Below the pieces are notes generated by a model. It had not been told where the DNA came from. It was given only the letters and a program-made list of their open reading frames with translations, and searched no databases. Of a DNA stretch of 64,000 bases, positions 39,374 through 49,030 are shown piece after piece (the first letter of the stretch is position 1; the number at the start of each line of letters is the position of its first letter). Origin of the DNA: an uncultured delta proteobacterium (lineage in GTDB: Bacteria; Myxococcota_A; Polyangia; Polyangiales; Polyangiaceae). The stretch covers positions 320,001 through 384,000 of the forward strand of contig CAVQUB010000011.1 of NCBI GenBank assembly GCA_963716725.1, given 5' to 3'. Both the position numbers and the translations under genes were made by a program.

Positions 39374-40882
39374 ATGTTCCATGAGCCACCGCCGCTTCCG
39401 CCCCAGATGTCCGAGCCGCCGAGGTTGGATCCCGGCCCAAGCCCTCCGCCCCGCTCGCGCCATGCGCTCCTGCTCAATCCATTTTACCCGAAAGACCGCT
39501 ACTCGAGCTTCGGCAAACACGTGCTCACGCCGAGCCTCGCCCTCACCACCATCGCTGCGTCGACCCCGCCGGACTGGACGCTGGACTACTGGGACGAGAA
39601 CCTCCTCCAAGGGCCGCCGCCGCTCGACCCCTTCCCCAGCGTGGTGGGCATCACCGTTCACCTCACCTTCGCCAAGCGCGCCTACGAGCTGGCACGCTAC
39701 TACCGATCGCGCGGGGCCCGAGTCGTGCTCGGTGGTCTTCACGTGCAGTCGTGTCCGGACGAAGCGGCGCCCCACGCCGACGCCCTCGCGCTCGGTGAGG
39801 GCGTCCAACTCTGGGCGAAAATCCTCGCCGACGCGCAGCGTGGCGCCCTCGAGCCGCGTTACCACGGCAGCTACTCCGCGCCCTTTCGCGAGGATCCACC
39901 GCCCCGCCGCGGGATCCTGCCCAAGGGCCACTTCCTCACCGCGACGAGCCTGATGGCCACCCGCGGTTGCCACAACCGGTGCAGCTTCTGCTACCTGGCC
40001 ACCGACGGCCTACGCATGCCCTATCAAATGCGCGATCCCGGTCAGGTCGCCGCCGAGTGGCGCGCCGAGGGCGCTCCCTACGCGGTGTTCCTCGACAACA
40101 ACTTGAGCTCGAACCGAGCCTACCTCCGGCGCTTGTGCCGCGAGTTGGCGCCTCTCGACAAGATCTGGAGCGCGGCGGTGAGCATCGACGTGACTGACGA
40201 TCCGGATCTGGTGCGACAGATGGCGCTCGCGGGGTGCACAGCGGTGTTCGTCGGATTCGAGTCCCTCACCGGCGAGAACCTGACGGAAGCACGCAAAAAG
40301 ACGCCTCGACCCGAAGACTACGCACGAAGAGTGCAGATCTTCCACGACGTGGGCATCGCCGTGAACGGTAGCTTCGTGCTCGGCTTCGACCACGACGGCC
40401 CGGACGTGTTCGACCGGACCGTCACGTGGATCGAGGCAGCGCGGCTCGCTTGCGCCACCTTCCACATCCTGACGCCATATCCGGGCACGCCCTTGTTCAA
40501 CCGCTTGAATGCCGAGGGGCGTCTGCTCCACCAAGACTGGGATCGCTACGACACCGCGCACGCCGTGTTCCGTCCGCGGCGCATGAGCGCGGGCGAGCTC
40601 GAACGCGGCTACGCGGAGTGCTACGCGCGGGTCTTCTCTGCCGCTTCGATCTGGCGTCGACGGCCCCAGCGCAGCAGCGAGCTCCCGAGCTATCTGGCGA
40701 TGGCGGCGCTCTACAAACGCAGCAACGCGCTTTGGCCGCGGCTCATCGAGCGAGGGCTCACCGGGCGCGCGTGGTATCCCTTCGTCGAAGCCGCCCGACG
40801 CCGTCACCTCTCATTTCGCCGGCAGCTGGCTCGCGCGGGCTTTCGTTCCGGCTACTTGGCTCCGGTCTACGCTGGAGTCTGA
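39374..40882 (+). CDS. B12-binding radical SAM protein
   Basis: VVLGGLH...PDEA...GEG cobalamin domain; TRGCHNRCSFC; FVGFES, TPYPGT. Confidence 0.9.
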   Translation: MFHEPPPLPPQMSEPPRLDPGPSPPPRSRHALLLNPFYPKDRYSSFGKHVLTPSLALTTIAASTPPDWTLDYWDENLLQGPPPLDPFPSVVGITVHLTFAKRAYELARYYRSRGARVVLGGLHVQSCPDEAAPHADALALGEGVQLWAKILADAQRGALEPRYHGSYSAPFREDPPPRRGILPKGHFLTATSLMATRGCHNRCSFCYLATDGLRMPYQMRDPGQVAAEWRAEGAPYAVFLDNNLSSNRAYLRRLCRELAPLDKIWSAAVSIDVTDDPDLVRQMALAGCTAVFVGFESLTGENLTEARKKTPRPEDYARRVQIFHDVGIAVNGSFVLGFDHDGPDVFDRTVTWIEAARLACATFHILTPYPGTPLFNRLNAEGRLLHQDWDRYDTAHAVFRPRRMSAGELERGYAECYARVFSAASIWRRRPQRSSELPSYLAMAALYKRSNALWPRLIERGLTGRAWYPFVEAARRRHLSFRRQLARAGFRSGYLAPVYAGV

Positions 40883-40953
40883 GCGACGAGGCGCACCTGC
40901 ATCCTCCAAGGCGCTTGAATGTCGCTCGCGGATCGAGCTACTGACCGCCCACG

Positions 40954-41130
40954 ATGACCGCGTCCCCCAACGTCAAGCCCGAAGCCGAGCTCGAGGACAC
41001 TTGGTTCGCCGAGCCCGAGCCGATCTCCACCGAGCGACCGGTGCTCGTCGATGCAGAGCTCGACGGCGATTGGTTCGCGCGGGGACGTCCGCTGTCGAGC
41101 CGTCCGCCGCCGCCCGACGCCTCGGCGTGA
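40954..41130 (+). CDS. unannotated 58-aa acidic peptide with duplicated AEL(E/D)xxWFA motif
   Basis: manual translation MTASPNVKPEAELEDTWFAEPEPISTERPVLVDAELDGDWFARGRPLSSRPPPPDASA*; fills the intergenic gap with GC-ending codons. Confidence 0.6.
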   Translation: MTASPNVKPEAELEDTWFAEPEPISTERPVLVDAELDGDWFARGRPLSSRPPPPDASA

Positions 41131-41139
41131 CCTGTACCC

Positions 41140-41566
41140 TCACTCGATGTCGAGTGAGAAGCTGACCGCCTTGTCCTTCTCGAAGCCCAGGCTGTTGTAG
41201 AAGTTCAGCACGGTGGTGTCAGCCTTGACCAGGGGGGTCACCTTGACCCGCGTGGGCGTCTTGCTGAGGCCTTCGCGGACCCTGCCGACGAGCGTCTTGC
41301 CGATGCCGCGGCTCTGGTAGTCCGGGTGCACCATCAGCTCTTGGATGTACAGGACTACGCCGAACTCGCGTTCGAAGGTGTAAGCCAAGATGGCGCCACC
41401 GATGCGGCCGTCCTCCAGCGCGACCATGCACGACGCCGGCTCGAATCGGTAGAATTTCTCGATGTAGGCCCGGGCGCTCGGGATCGACCAGCTCGCGCGA
41501 TAGGCCGCGATGTAGAGCCCGGCTACGGGATGCCAGATCGCCGTCCTTCATGCTTCGGATATCCAT
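41140..41566 (-). pseudogene. GNAT family N-acetyltransferase, +1 frameshift at 41527-41529
   Basis: MDIRSMKDGDLAS then VAGLYIAAY...LYIQELMVHPDYQSRGIGKTL...FYNSLGF after removing one base. Confidence 0.8.
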
Positions 41567-41635
41567 GCGCGCCTCTTAGCACCGCGAGCGGGGTCGCGTC
41601 AGCACCCAGCCCGCGCGAAATCTGCTTCGCAGCCC

Positions 41636-42100
41636 TCACTCCTCCTTCGGCGCGGAGGTGCTGAGCCGAAGCGGGTTGCGCGCCGGGACGCCGGACCAGA
41701 CATTCTTGCCACAGTAGGCGGTGAGGGAGCCCGAGACCCGGCGCGCTGTGCCCCGCCGGTGCAGCGCGAGCGCGAGGGAGACCGGCTCGGCGCCGCAAGG
41801 GCCCCCCGCTACCGGCGGGCCCGCGAACTTGGCGGTGAAGAGCGCGACGTCCGCCTCCGGAAAGCGCTCGAGCTTGCCGTTGCCAGCCAAGGTGACGGAG
41901 TCCTTGGCCACCCCGAACCCTCGGCTGAGCGTCAGGCGCAACCGGAGCTCCGCTCCGCGACTCTCGACGTGCAGCTGAGCGCTCTCGCGAATGTCCACGT
42001 CCAGCTCGAAGCTCTCGCTTCGGACAGGATCGGCACCCTCTTCGCCATCATGGCAACCGATCAGGCCGAGGGCCGCGCACAGAAGCATCGCGCGCCTCAT
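41636..42100 (-). CDS. lipoprotein, hypothetical
   Basis: MRRAMLLCAALGLIGC lipobox; ATGA-coupled to the upstream gene. Confidence 0.7.
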   Translation of the reverse strand: MRRAMLLCAALGLIGCHDGEEGADPVRSESFELDVDIRESAQLHVESRGAELRLRLTLSRGFGVAKDSVTLAGNGKLERFPEADVALFTAKFAGPPVAGGPCGAEPVSLALALHRRGTARRVSGSLTAYCGKNVWSGVPARNPLRLSTSAPKEE

Positions 42101-43854
42101 CGCGACAGCCTCCGCGTCACGTTCACGGCCCGGGCCGCGGCCAGCGCCCGTTCCGGCGACCCGTCGATCACGTGGAAGACCCAAGTCGCGCCCTCACCAT
42201 CCGGCAGGGTTTCGTCTCGGATCTCGACCTCGCCGCTCTCGCGGGTGACCTTGGCCGCCAGGTGTACCCGCGCCTGGTCCTTGATCAGGAAGCGCTGCTT
42301 GCCCAGGCTGACCAGACCCGTGGGCAAGGCGAGCTGGAAGCTCTCGAAGCCGAAGTCGCTGCGACGGTACTTGGCCAGGGCGTCATCCGCGAGCGCCCGC
42401 GTCGTGATCAGCTCGTCCTCGAGATCACCCGGAAACGACACGCTGACTTTGGTGGCGGTGCCGACTCCGAAGCTGATCTGCACGCGGTGGTGACCGGGCT
42501 CCACCAGCTCCCACTCCACCCCGCTCTCGCGGTCCCCGCCATCGATGACGAGGTCAAAGGCGGCCTCCGACGCCACGCCCCGGAGTTCGGGCGCCGACCC
42601 GCCGGTCATGTTGCCGAGCTCGGGATCGATGCTCACGCTCTGCTCGCCGACTTCGGCCTTGGCCCGCACGATGACGTCCCGGGCGATCCGCAGCGCCTCG
42701 GTGCAGTGCGCGATGCCGTACTCGACCTCGCCCCGGAAGGGGTTGATGCCCGACGCGTCGGTGACCTGTCCCAGGGCAAGCAGGCGCCAGGCCGCGTCGA
42801 GCTCGAATCGCGCGTCGAGCCCGGCGCTCTTGGCCGCAGTCTCCGCCGCGACCAGTTCGCGTTGGGCCAGCGCACCGACCGATCGAACCTCGTTGTCGCG
42901 CTCGCCGGGCCAGATCCCCTTGCCGCCGAGCCAGCGCAAGACGCCCGTAGTGCTCTTGGGCTGCCAGGTCCCGTCGAAGAGCGGCGGCACGGGCGCGTGC
43001 GGCACTACGTCCTTCACGGCGTCCACGTACTTGTCCACCGTGACGATGGCGTAACCCTGAGCTTCCAGGGCGAAGAGCTGGTCCTCGTACTTCTTCACCG
43101 CCTCGGGCTTGTGGCGGAAGATGTCGGGGAAGTACGGGTTCAGATCGCCGGTCGCCAGGAGCTCGCCGTCGTCCATGAAGGTCCAGGTGATCTCGACGCC
43201 GCTACCGCTCGCGCCGCGGCCACCCTGCACCAAGAAGATGTCGCCGAACGCGTACAGCGGCTCGGCCGGCTCGTCTCCGTGTTGGTAGCTCCAGAGATTC
43301 TTGGGCCAGATCAGGTTGCGGTAGCCGAGCTCGTTCATGCGAGGGGCCAGCGCCTCGCCCGCCTGACCTTCTTGGCAGAACACCGTGCGCGACAGCGGGA
43401 TGTCGTACTTGGTGAAAGTCGCCTGGGTCAGCGCCTGCGAGCGACGCCAGCTCTCCGCGGGGTAGGCGATGAAGAGCTGATCGGAGTAGTGAAAGCTCAC
43501 GACGTCGATCTGCCCGCTCTTGGCCAGCTTGCGCAGCTTGGCCAGCACCGTCGGGTGCCGGGCGGCGAGAGCGTCCAAGAAGTAGCCCTGAAGCTCGATG
43601 TCCACGCCCCAGCTCGGATGCTTCTCGTACAGATCGATCACCGGAGCAAAGCTCTCGGTGATGATCAGGTCTTCCATGGCGTCGTTGTCGAGGTCGAGCT
43701 CGGCGTTGGCAATGGCCCAGAACCCGAGCATGCCCCCGGCGACGTATTGCAAGTTGTAGTGGAAGACCCCCAGCGCGTATTTCTGTTGAGCCGCGCTCGG
43801 GCTGCAGACCAAGGCCAGCACCAGGCAGATCGCGAAGGCCAGGGCGCGCTTCAT
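42097..43854 (-). CDS. secreted glycoside hydrolase GH57/GH38-like or deacetylase-fold protein
   Basis: signal peptide; VFHYNLQY, IELQGYFL, LRKLAKSGQIDVV, FCQEG. Confidence 0.6.
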   Translation of the reverse strand: MKRALAFAICLVLALVCSPSAAQQKYALGVFHYNLQYVAGGMLGFWAIANAELDLDNDAMEDLIITESFAPVIDLYEKHPSWGVDIELQGYFLDALAARHPTVLAKLRKLAKSGQIDVVSFHYSDQLFIAYPAESWRRSQALTQATFTKYDIPLSRTVFCQEGQAGEALAPRMNELGYRNLIWPKNLWSYQHGDEPAEPLYAFGDIFLVQGGRGASGSGVEITWTFMDDGELLATGDLNPYFPDIFRHKPEAVKKYEDQLFALEAQGYAIVTVDKYVDAVKDVVPHAPVPPLFDGTWQPKSTTGVLRWLGGKGIWPGERDNEVRSVGALAQRELVAAETAAKSAGLDARFELDAAWRLLALGQVTDASGINPFRGEVEYGIAHCTEALRIARDVIVRAKAEVGEQSVSIDPELGNMTGGSAPELRGVASEAAFDLVIDGGDRESGVEWELVEPGHHRVQISFGVGTATKVSVSFPGDLEDELITTRALADDALAKYRRSDFGFESFQLALPTGLVSLGKQRFLIKDQARVHLAAKVTRESGEVEIRDETLPDGEGATWVFHVIDGSPERALAAARAVNVTRRLSR

Positions 43855-43857
43855 GGC

Positions 43858-44211
43858 TCAGGCCTTCTGGAATGGCGGCCAGCCCAGCGGCCGTCCACCG
43901 ACGACGTGCAGGTGGACGTGGAACACGCTCTGCCCCGCCTCCGCCCCGCAGTTCATCACCGCGCGGTAGCCGCGCTCGGTCAGTCCCTCGAGCCGGGCGA
44001 CTTCGGCGGCCACCAGCAGCAGGTGCCCCATGTCGGCCTCGTGCTCGGGCAAGACGTCGTTGATGGTCGACACATGCACCCGCGGGATCACCAATACGTG
44101 AGTCGGCGCGACGGGATTGATGTCACGAAACGCCAAGGCTCGGTCGTCTTCGTAGACGACCGTCGAGGGGATTTCCTTTTTCGCGATCTTGCAAAACAAG
44201 CAGCCTTCCAT
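43858..44211 (-). CDS. hinT: histidine triad (HIT) nucleotide-binding protein
   Basis: CLFCKI, AFRDINPVAPTHVLVIP, AGQSVFHVHLHVVGG. Confidence 0.93.
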   Translation of the reverse strand: MEGCLFCKIAKKEIPSTVVYEDDRALAFRDINPVAPTHVLVIPRVHVSTINDVLPEHEADMGHLLLVAAEVARLEGLTERGYRAVMNCGAEAGQSVFHVHLHVVGGRPLGWPPFQKA

Positions 44212-44300
44212 CCGGACACCTCCCGTGCGGACGCGATGCTAGAGCATCTCGCCGCCGGATGGATCGGCCGCGCGACCGCGAGTCGACGGAAGGTGGCGGC

Positions 44301-44751
44301 TCAAAACGTCTTCTTGGTATCGACCAAGATGGTGATCGGCCCGCTGTTTTCCAGCGCCACCAGCATATCAGCGCGAAAGCGGCCCGTCGCGACCGTGACG
44401 CCGGCGCTGCGGCTCTTGTCGCAGTAGCGCTCGAACAGCTCGTTGGCTCGCCCTGGCTCCATGGCCTCGACGAAGCTGGGACGGCGGCCCTTGCGAGTGT
44501 CGCCCAAGAGCGTGAACTGCGAGACCGCGAGGAGCGCGCCGCCGGTTTCTTGCAGGCTCCGGTTCATCTTGCCCTCGTTGTCCTCGAAAATGCGCAGGCC
44601 CAGCACCTTGTCGGCGAGGGCGTCGGCGTCGGCCTCAGCGTCGTCGCGTGAGACGCCGACCAGCACGCAGAGCCCAGGCCCAATCGCGCCCACGATTTCG
44701 CCCTCGACCCGGACGCTCGCGCTCCGGACAGCGTTGAACCACTGCTCGCAT
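44301..44751 (-). pseudogene. dtd: D-aminoacyl-tRNA deacylase, +1 frameshift near 44730
   Basis: MRAVVQR then [17 protein letters not shown]...LRIFED..GKMNRS, VSQFTL, NSGPIT. Confidence 0.88.
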
Positions 44752-44814
44752 GCACGACCGAGCTACCACGGCGCAGGGGTTGATCCCAAGGCTCGGATCG
44801 GGCCTTGATCGCCC

Positions 44815-45714
44815 GTGATCAAACGAGCACCGCCTCCCCTCCCCGAATGGCTCGAGCAGATGCTGCCCTTCGAGCGTTACACCGCCCTGGCCGACGGGCA
44901 CTCGCTTCACGTGATGGAGGCCGGGCAAGGGCGCCCCGTGCTCTGCGTGCACGGCAACCCGACTTGGGGCTTCTTGTATCGCAAGGTGGCCGCGGCCCTC
45001 GGCGCCGGTTCGCATCGCGTCGTGATGCCAGATCTGGTCGGCCTCGGCCTCTCGGACAAGCCGAGATCCGCGCGGGCGCACACTCTAGAAAACCACATCC
45101 GCTGGTTGGGCGCGTTGGTCGACGAGCTCGATCTGCGAGACGTCATCCTGGTCGTGCAAGACTGGGGCGGTCCCATCGGCCTCGGCGCCTTCGCCGAGCG
45201 CGAGAATCGCCTCGCCGGACTCGTGATCCTGAACACCGTGGTCGGACCTCCCCGCCCCGGCTTTCGACCCACGGCGTTTCACCGCTTCGCGCGCGCGCCT
45301 TTGATCTCCGATCTCGCCTTCCGCGCCCTCGGCTTCCCGCAAGTGGCCCTGCACCGGGCCCAAGGCGATCCGCAGAGCATCAGCGGCGAGGTCGCGCGCG
45401 CTTATCGCTGGCCGCTGCGGCGGTTTTCCGACCGCATGGCTCCCCTCGCGCTCGCCCGCATGGTCCCGGACTCGCTCGGGCACCCGAGCATCCCGGCGCT
45501 CGAGCGCTGCCAAGACTTGGTGCAACGCTTCCGCGGACCGACCGCCATCGTCTGGGGCGATCGCGATCCGGTGCTGGGTCGGGTGCGCCGCCACGTGGAG
45601 AAGCTGCTGCCCGAAGCCGCGGTGACGGTGACCGAAGCAGGCCATTTCCTGCAAGAAGAGGTGCCCGACGAGATCGCGCGAGCCGTCATTTCGGTCGGCG
45701 CGCGGGCGCGTTGA
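44815..45714 (+). CDS. haloalkane dehalogenase-like alpha/beta hydrolase
   Basis: HGNPTWGFLYRK, PDLVGLGLSDKP, VQDWGGPIG, AGHFLQEE. Confidence 0.88.
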   Translation: MIKRAPPPLPEWLEQMLPFERYTALADGHSLHVMEAGQGRPVLCVHGNPTWGFLYRKVAAALGAGSHRVVMPDLVGLGLSDKPRSARAHTLENHIRWLGALVDELDLRDVILVVQDWGGPIGLGAFAERENRLAGLVILNTVVGPPRPGFRPTAFHRFARAPLISDLAFRALGFPQVALHRAQGDPQSISGEVARAYRWPLRRFSDRMAPLALARMVPDSLGHPSIPALERCQDLVQRFRGPTAIVWGDRDPVLGRVRRHVEKLLPEAAVTVTEAGHFLQEEVPDEIARAVISVGARAR

Positions 45715-45723
45715 GCATCGGGT

Positions 45724-47697
45724 ATGCTGGCGCCGATGCGTCAGCCAGTGCCGAGTGGGGCGCGCACGCCGTTCACGGGGATGACCTTTGCGTCCGACCT
45801 GCACCCCGGCGTGCGGTATCGGCTCGAGCACGTGCTCGGGCAGGGAGGCACCGCCGTCGCGTATTTCGCCACCCGCCTCGCCAGCGACGGTGAGTCGCCG
45901 GCCGTCGTCAAGATCATCCAACCGCGCATCGCCGTCGAATCCAGCGACATCGCCCTCACCATCATCAAGAAAGAGGCTGTGGCGCTCGGGCGCCTGAACG
46001 AGCAGGTTCCGCCGACACCGCACGTGGTTCGGCTGATGGATACCGGCACCACCGACTACGAGTACTTCGCGCGCCAGGTCAGCCTGCCGTGGATCGCCCT
46101 GGAGTACGTGCACGGAGGCGGCGAAGGCACCACCCTCGAGGAGCGCGTCGACTACGCGGTGAAGCACACGGGCTACGCCTTCGATCCAGCCCGCGCCGCC
46201 CGCGCCATCGACAGCCTGGCCCGCGGTCTGGCCGAGATCCACTCGGTGGGCGTCGTGCACCGCGATCTGACGCCCGGCAACGTGCTGTGCTGCGGCGCCG
46301 GCGAGACCGAGCTCTACAAGATCAGTGACTTCGGGATCGCGCGTCCCAGCGGCCTCGCCGCCACCTTCGGAGATGCCATCGTGGGAACTCCGGGATACGT
46401 CGCCCCCGAGCAGCTTGGAGGCAACAGCCCGCTGAGCATCCAGAGCGACATCTTCAGCTTCGCGGCCATCGTCTATTACCTGCTGACCGGTCAGCGCTAC
46501 TTCGACGTGAGCTCTCCGACTCAGGCCATCATCGCCGTCGGAACTCCGGAGCGGCGATCGCTGCTCGAAGCCGCCACACTCTCTCCCGAGCTGCGCGAGC
46601 GCGAGGCAGCATGCCAAGCCATCGACTTGGCGCTCGCTCGCGCCACCGCGCCAAATCCGCCCGAGCGCCCGGGATCGGCGGCGCTGTTTTCCCAGAGCCT
46701 GTTGCCGTGGTTGGCCCAAGACTCGGCGGGAGTGAAGCCGAGCCGGCGCTGGGTCACCAGCATGGATCTGCTGCGAAGCGAGCCGGAAGTCAGCTCGAGT
46801 TGGGTCGTGCGCCATCCGCCCGGCAACGACCGCCTGCTCACCAGCGTGGCGTGGAACGGCAGCGGCCACTGCCTGGCTGCGTCGACCCGCGGCCTGGTCT
46901 ACTGGGACGGAACGCACTGGGCCGTGGTCCCGACCGAAGGCCTGGGCGATTTGGGGCGCGTGCAGTTCGTGCGTCGACTGACGGCGACGAGTTGGCTCTT
47001 GGGCAGCGAGCGAGGAGCATTGATCGAGTATTCGCGCGGGGGCTTGCGCGAACTCGCGCGTCTGCCCGATCCGGCACTCTCGATCGTGGACGCTCACGGC
47101 GAGCTGGGCGATCTCGCGGTCATCGCCGCCGAAGACGCGTCACGCCGACCCTACCTGATCGGACACGCCGCCCGACGCTTCATGCGCCCGCTGCCCGTCG
47201 AGGGCGCGGCGAGCGTGTCTGCCGTCGCGCGCATCGACGACGCGAGTTGGTTGGTGATCGGACGCAGCGTCGAAGGAAAGTCCTACGCCGCGCGCTACCT
47301 CCCCCTCGAGTGGACCCTGTCCCCCATTGCCACGCCTGAAGGGCGTGCCCTGGTCGCGGCGGCGAGCCGACCGGAACGCGGCTTGGCGGTCGCAGTCGGT
47401 TCGGACGGAGGCATCGTGCGGGTCGAGCGCGACAAGTGCGCGGCGATCAACGTCGAGGGGCGTCCAGATCTCGCCGCTGTTGCCATCGATGTGGTGGGCA
47501 ATGAATGGGCAGCAGGCGCCGGCTGCATCTGGGCAAACCGCGCTCAGCGCGGCTGGAAGCGGGTCTGGGACAACACCACCTGGCGTCCGCCGTTCATCAG
47601 TCTGCTGGCCGAGTCAGGCATGGTCGTGGCCGTGACGGTGGACAGCGGCGTGCTCGAATCTCGATCGCTTGCGACGGACAAGACGCGGCCCGCATGA
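45724..47697 (+). CDS. Ser/Thr protein kinase with C-terminal beta-propeller-like domain
   Basis: LGQGG, AVVK, HRDLTPGN, DFG, GTPGYVAPEQ. Confidence 0.9.
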   Translation: MLAPMRQPVPSGARTPFTGMTFASDLHPGVRYRLEHVLGQGGTAVAYFATRLASDGESPAVVKIIQPRIAVESSDIALTIIKKEAVALGRLNEQVPPTPHVVRLMDTGTTDYEYFARQVSLPWIALEYVHGGGEGTTLEERVDYAVKHTGYAFDPARAARAIDSLARGLAEIHSVGVVHRDLTPGNVLCCGAGETELYKISDFGIARPSGLAATFGDAIVGTPGYVAPEQLGGNSPLSIQSDIFSFAAIVYYLLTGQRYFDVSSPTQAIIAVGTPERRSLLEAATLSPELREREAACQAIDLALARATAPNPPERPGSAALFSQSLLPWLAQDSAGVKPSRRWVTSMDLLRSEPEVSSSWVVRHPPGNDRLLTSVAWNGSGHCLAASTRGLVYWDGTHWAVVPTEGLGDLGRVQFVRRLTATSWLLGSERGALIEYSRGGLRELARLPDPALSIVDAHGELGDLAVIAAEDASRRPYLIGHAARRFMRPLPVEGAASVSAVARIDDASWLVIGRSVEGKSYAARYLPLEWTLSPIATPEGRALVAAASRPERGLAVAVGSDGGIVRVERDKCAAINVEGRPDLAAVAIDVVGNEWAAGAGCIWANRAQRGWKRVWDNTTWRPPFISLLAESGMVVAVTVDSGVLESRSLATDKTRPA

Positions 47698-47763
47698 ATC
47701 CTCCAGAGGACTTCCTTCGGTCGCCCGGAGCGCCCTCTTGCGGCGCTCCAGGCCGGACGACCG

Positions 47764-48348
47764 TCACTTGAGGCAGGCCGCGCCAATCGCAGCGCAATGC
47801 GCGTCGCTTGCCTTCACAGCGCCGTAGCAGTTCATGCACTTGCCGATGGTGATCATGCCGTAGCACTCTGGGGTCTTGGTCACCGGATACCCGAGAAGCT
47901 CGGCCTGCACCGTCGCGCACTGCGTCTGGAGCGAGGTCGCTACCGGCTGGTACTGGCAGAGATCTGCGCAGGAAGTCACCGGCCAGGGCAATCCAGGCGC
48001 GCCGCCGCCACCGGGGGAACCGCCGCCACCGGGGGAACCGCCGCCACCGGGGGAACCGCCGCCGCCGGGGGAACCGCCGCCGCCGGGGGAACCGCCGCCG
48101 CCGGGGGAACCGCCGCCACCGGGGGAACCGCCGCCACCGGGGGAACCGCCGCCGCCCGTGCCCTGACCCGCGCCGCCGCCCGTGCCCTGACCCGCGCTGC
48201 CGCCCGTGTTGGACTGGCCACCGCCGCCGGACTGGCCACCGGTGCCTTGGTCTCCGTTTTCATTGGCCTCGACGTAGCAGGCGTTGGTGAGGCCAAGGGC
48301 AGCGAGCAGCGCGATGGATTTCGGAATGCGAAGCTGTGAGCGTTTCAT
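47764..48348 (-). CDS. lipoprotein with (GGGGSP)8 linker and small Cys-rich C-terminal domain
   Basis: lipobox TNAC; six Cys in the C-terminal domain. Confidence 0.7.
   Translation of the reverse strand: MKRSQLRIPKSIALLAALGLTNACYVEANENGDQGTGGQSGGGGQSNTGGSAGQGTGGGAGQGTGGGGSPGGGGSPGGGGSPGGGGSPGGGGSPGGGGSPGGGGSPGGGGSPGGGGAPGLPWPVTSCADLCQYQPVATSLQTQCATVQAELLGYPVTKTPECYGMITIGKCMNCYGAVKASDAHCAAIGAACLK
48001..48155. repeat. 18-bp tandem repeat (CCGCCGCC[A/G]CCGGGGGAA) x8
   Basis: directly visible; encodes GGGGSP. Confidence 0.95.
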
Positions 48349-48511
48349 GGTCAATCTCTCCGCGCCCGGGGGAAGGACCGCGCGCACCAGGGCCTACAGC
48401 AACCCCGATGCCAGCGGCGCAAGGCGGGCAATCGAGGGATTTTCCCGATTCGCGGTGGCGAAAGTGCAGGTCCCTCCCGGCCAATGGAGGGCTCGACCCG
48501 ACCGCGCGAAG

Positions 48512-48922
48512 TCACGAGTGATAGAGCATGAAGTACACCGCGACGCCGCTCACCGAGACGAACAGCCAGATCGGAAGCGTGACGCGGGCGATGCGCTTGT
48601 GCTGCGCTCTCTGATCCCGTAGCGCGCGCACCAAGGTCACGACCACCAGCGGCGCGAGCGCCGCGGCCAAGAGCACGTGAGGCAGCAAGATGCCAAAGTA
48701 CAAGCTGCGGATGGCTCCAGTCCCTTGAAAGGGAACCGAACCCACTCGGGCGTGGTGAATCACGTACGAAACCAAGAATGCCACGGACAGCGCGCTGGCC
48801 GAGAGCATGAAGCCCCGATGGCGCTGGCGATCGCCGCGACGAATCGCTACGAATCCCGCGACCAAGCACAGCGCCGCGGCGGTGTTGAGCACCGCGTTCA
48901 AGGTCGCGAGGGAGCTCGGCAT
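48512..48922 (-). CDS. DUF420 family membrane protein
   Basis: LNAVLN, HRGFM, FLVSY, ILLPHVLLA, HKRIARVTLPIWLFVSVSGVAVY. Confidence 0.85.
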   Translation of the reverse strand: MPSSLATLNAVLNTAAALCLVAGFVAIRRGDRQRHRGFMLSASALSVAFLVSYVIHHARVGSVPFQGTGAIRSLYFGILLPHVLLAAALAPLVVVTLVRALRDQRAQHKRIARVTLPIWLFVSVSGVAVYFMLYHS

Positions 48923-49030
48923 GACTCGGGGCCCTCCTAACACGGACGGCGCCGGCAGGTAGCCCGAGCCAAACCCGCGAGTCTTTCGCGAACGGAGCGG
49001 CACCGACTGGGGCTAGACTCCCCCCTCACC

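Noticed and set aside
44235..44246. ATGCTAGAGCAT palindrome resembling the CTAGAGCAT end at 6563
   Set aside because: Too short and has no partner end; may be chance or a promoter feature
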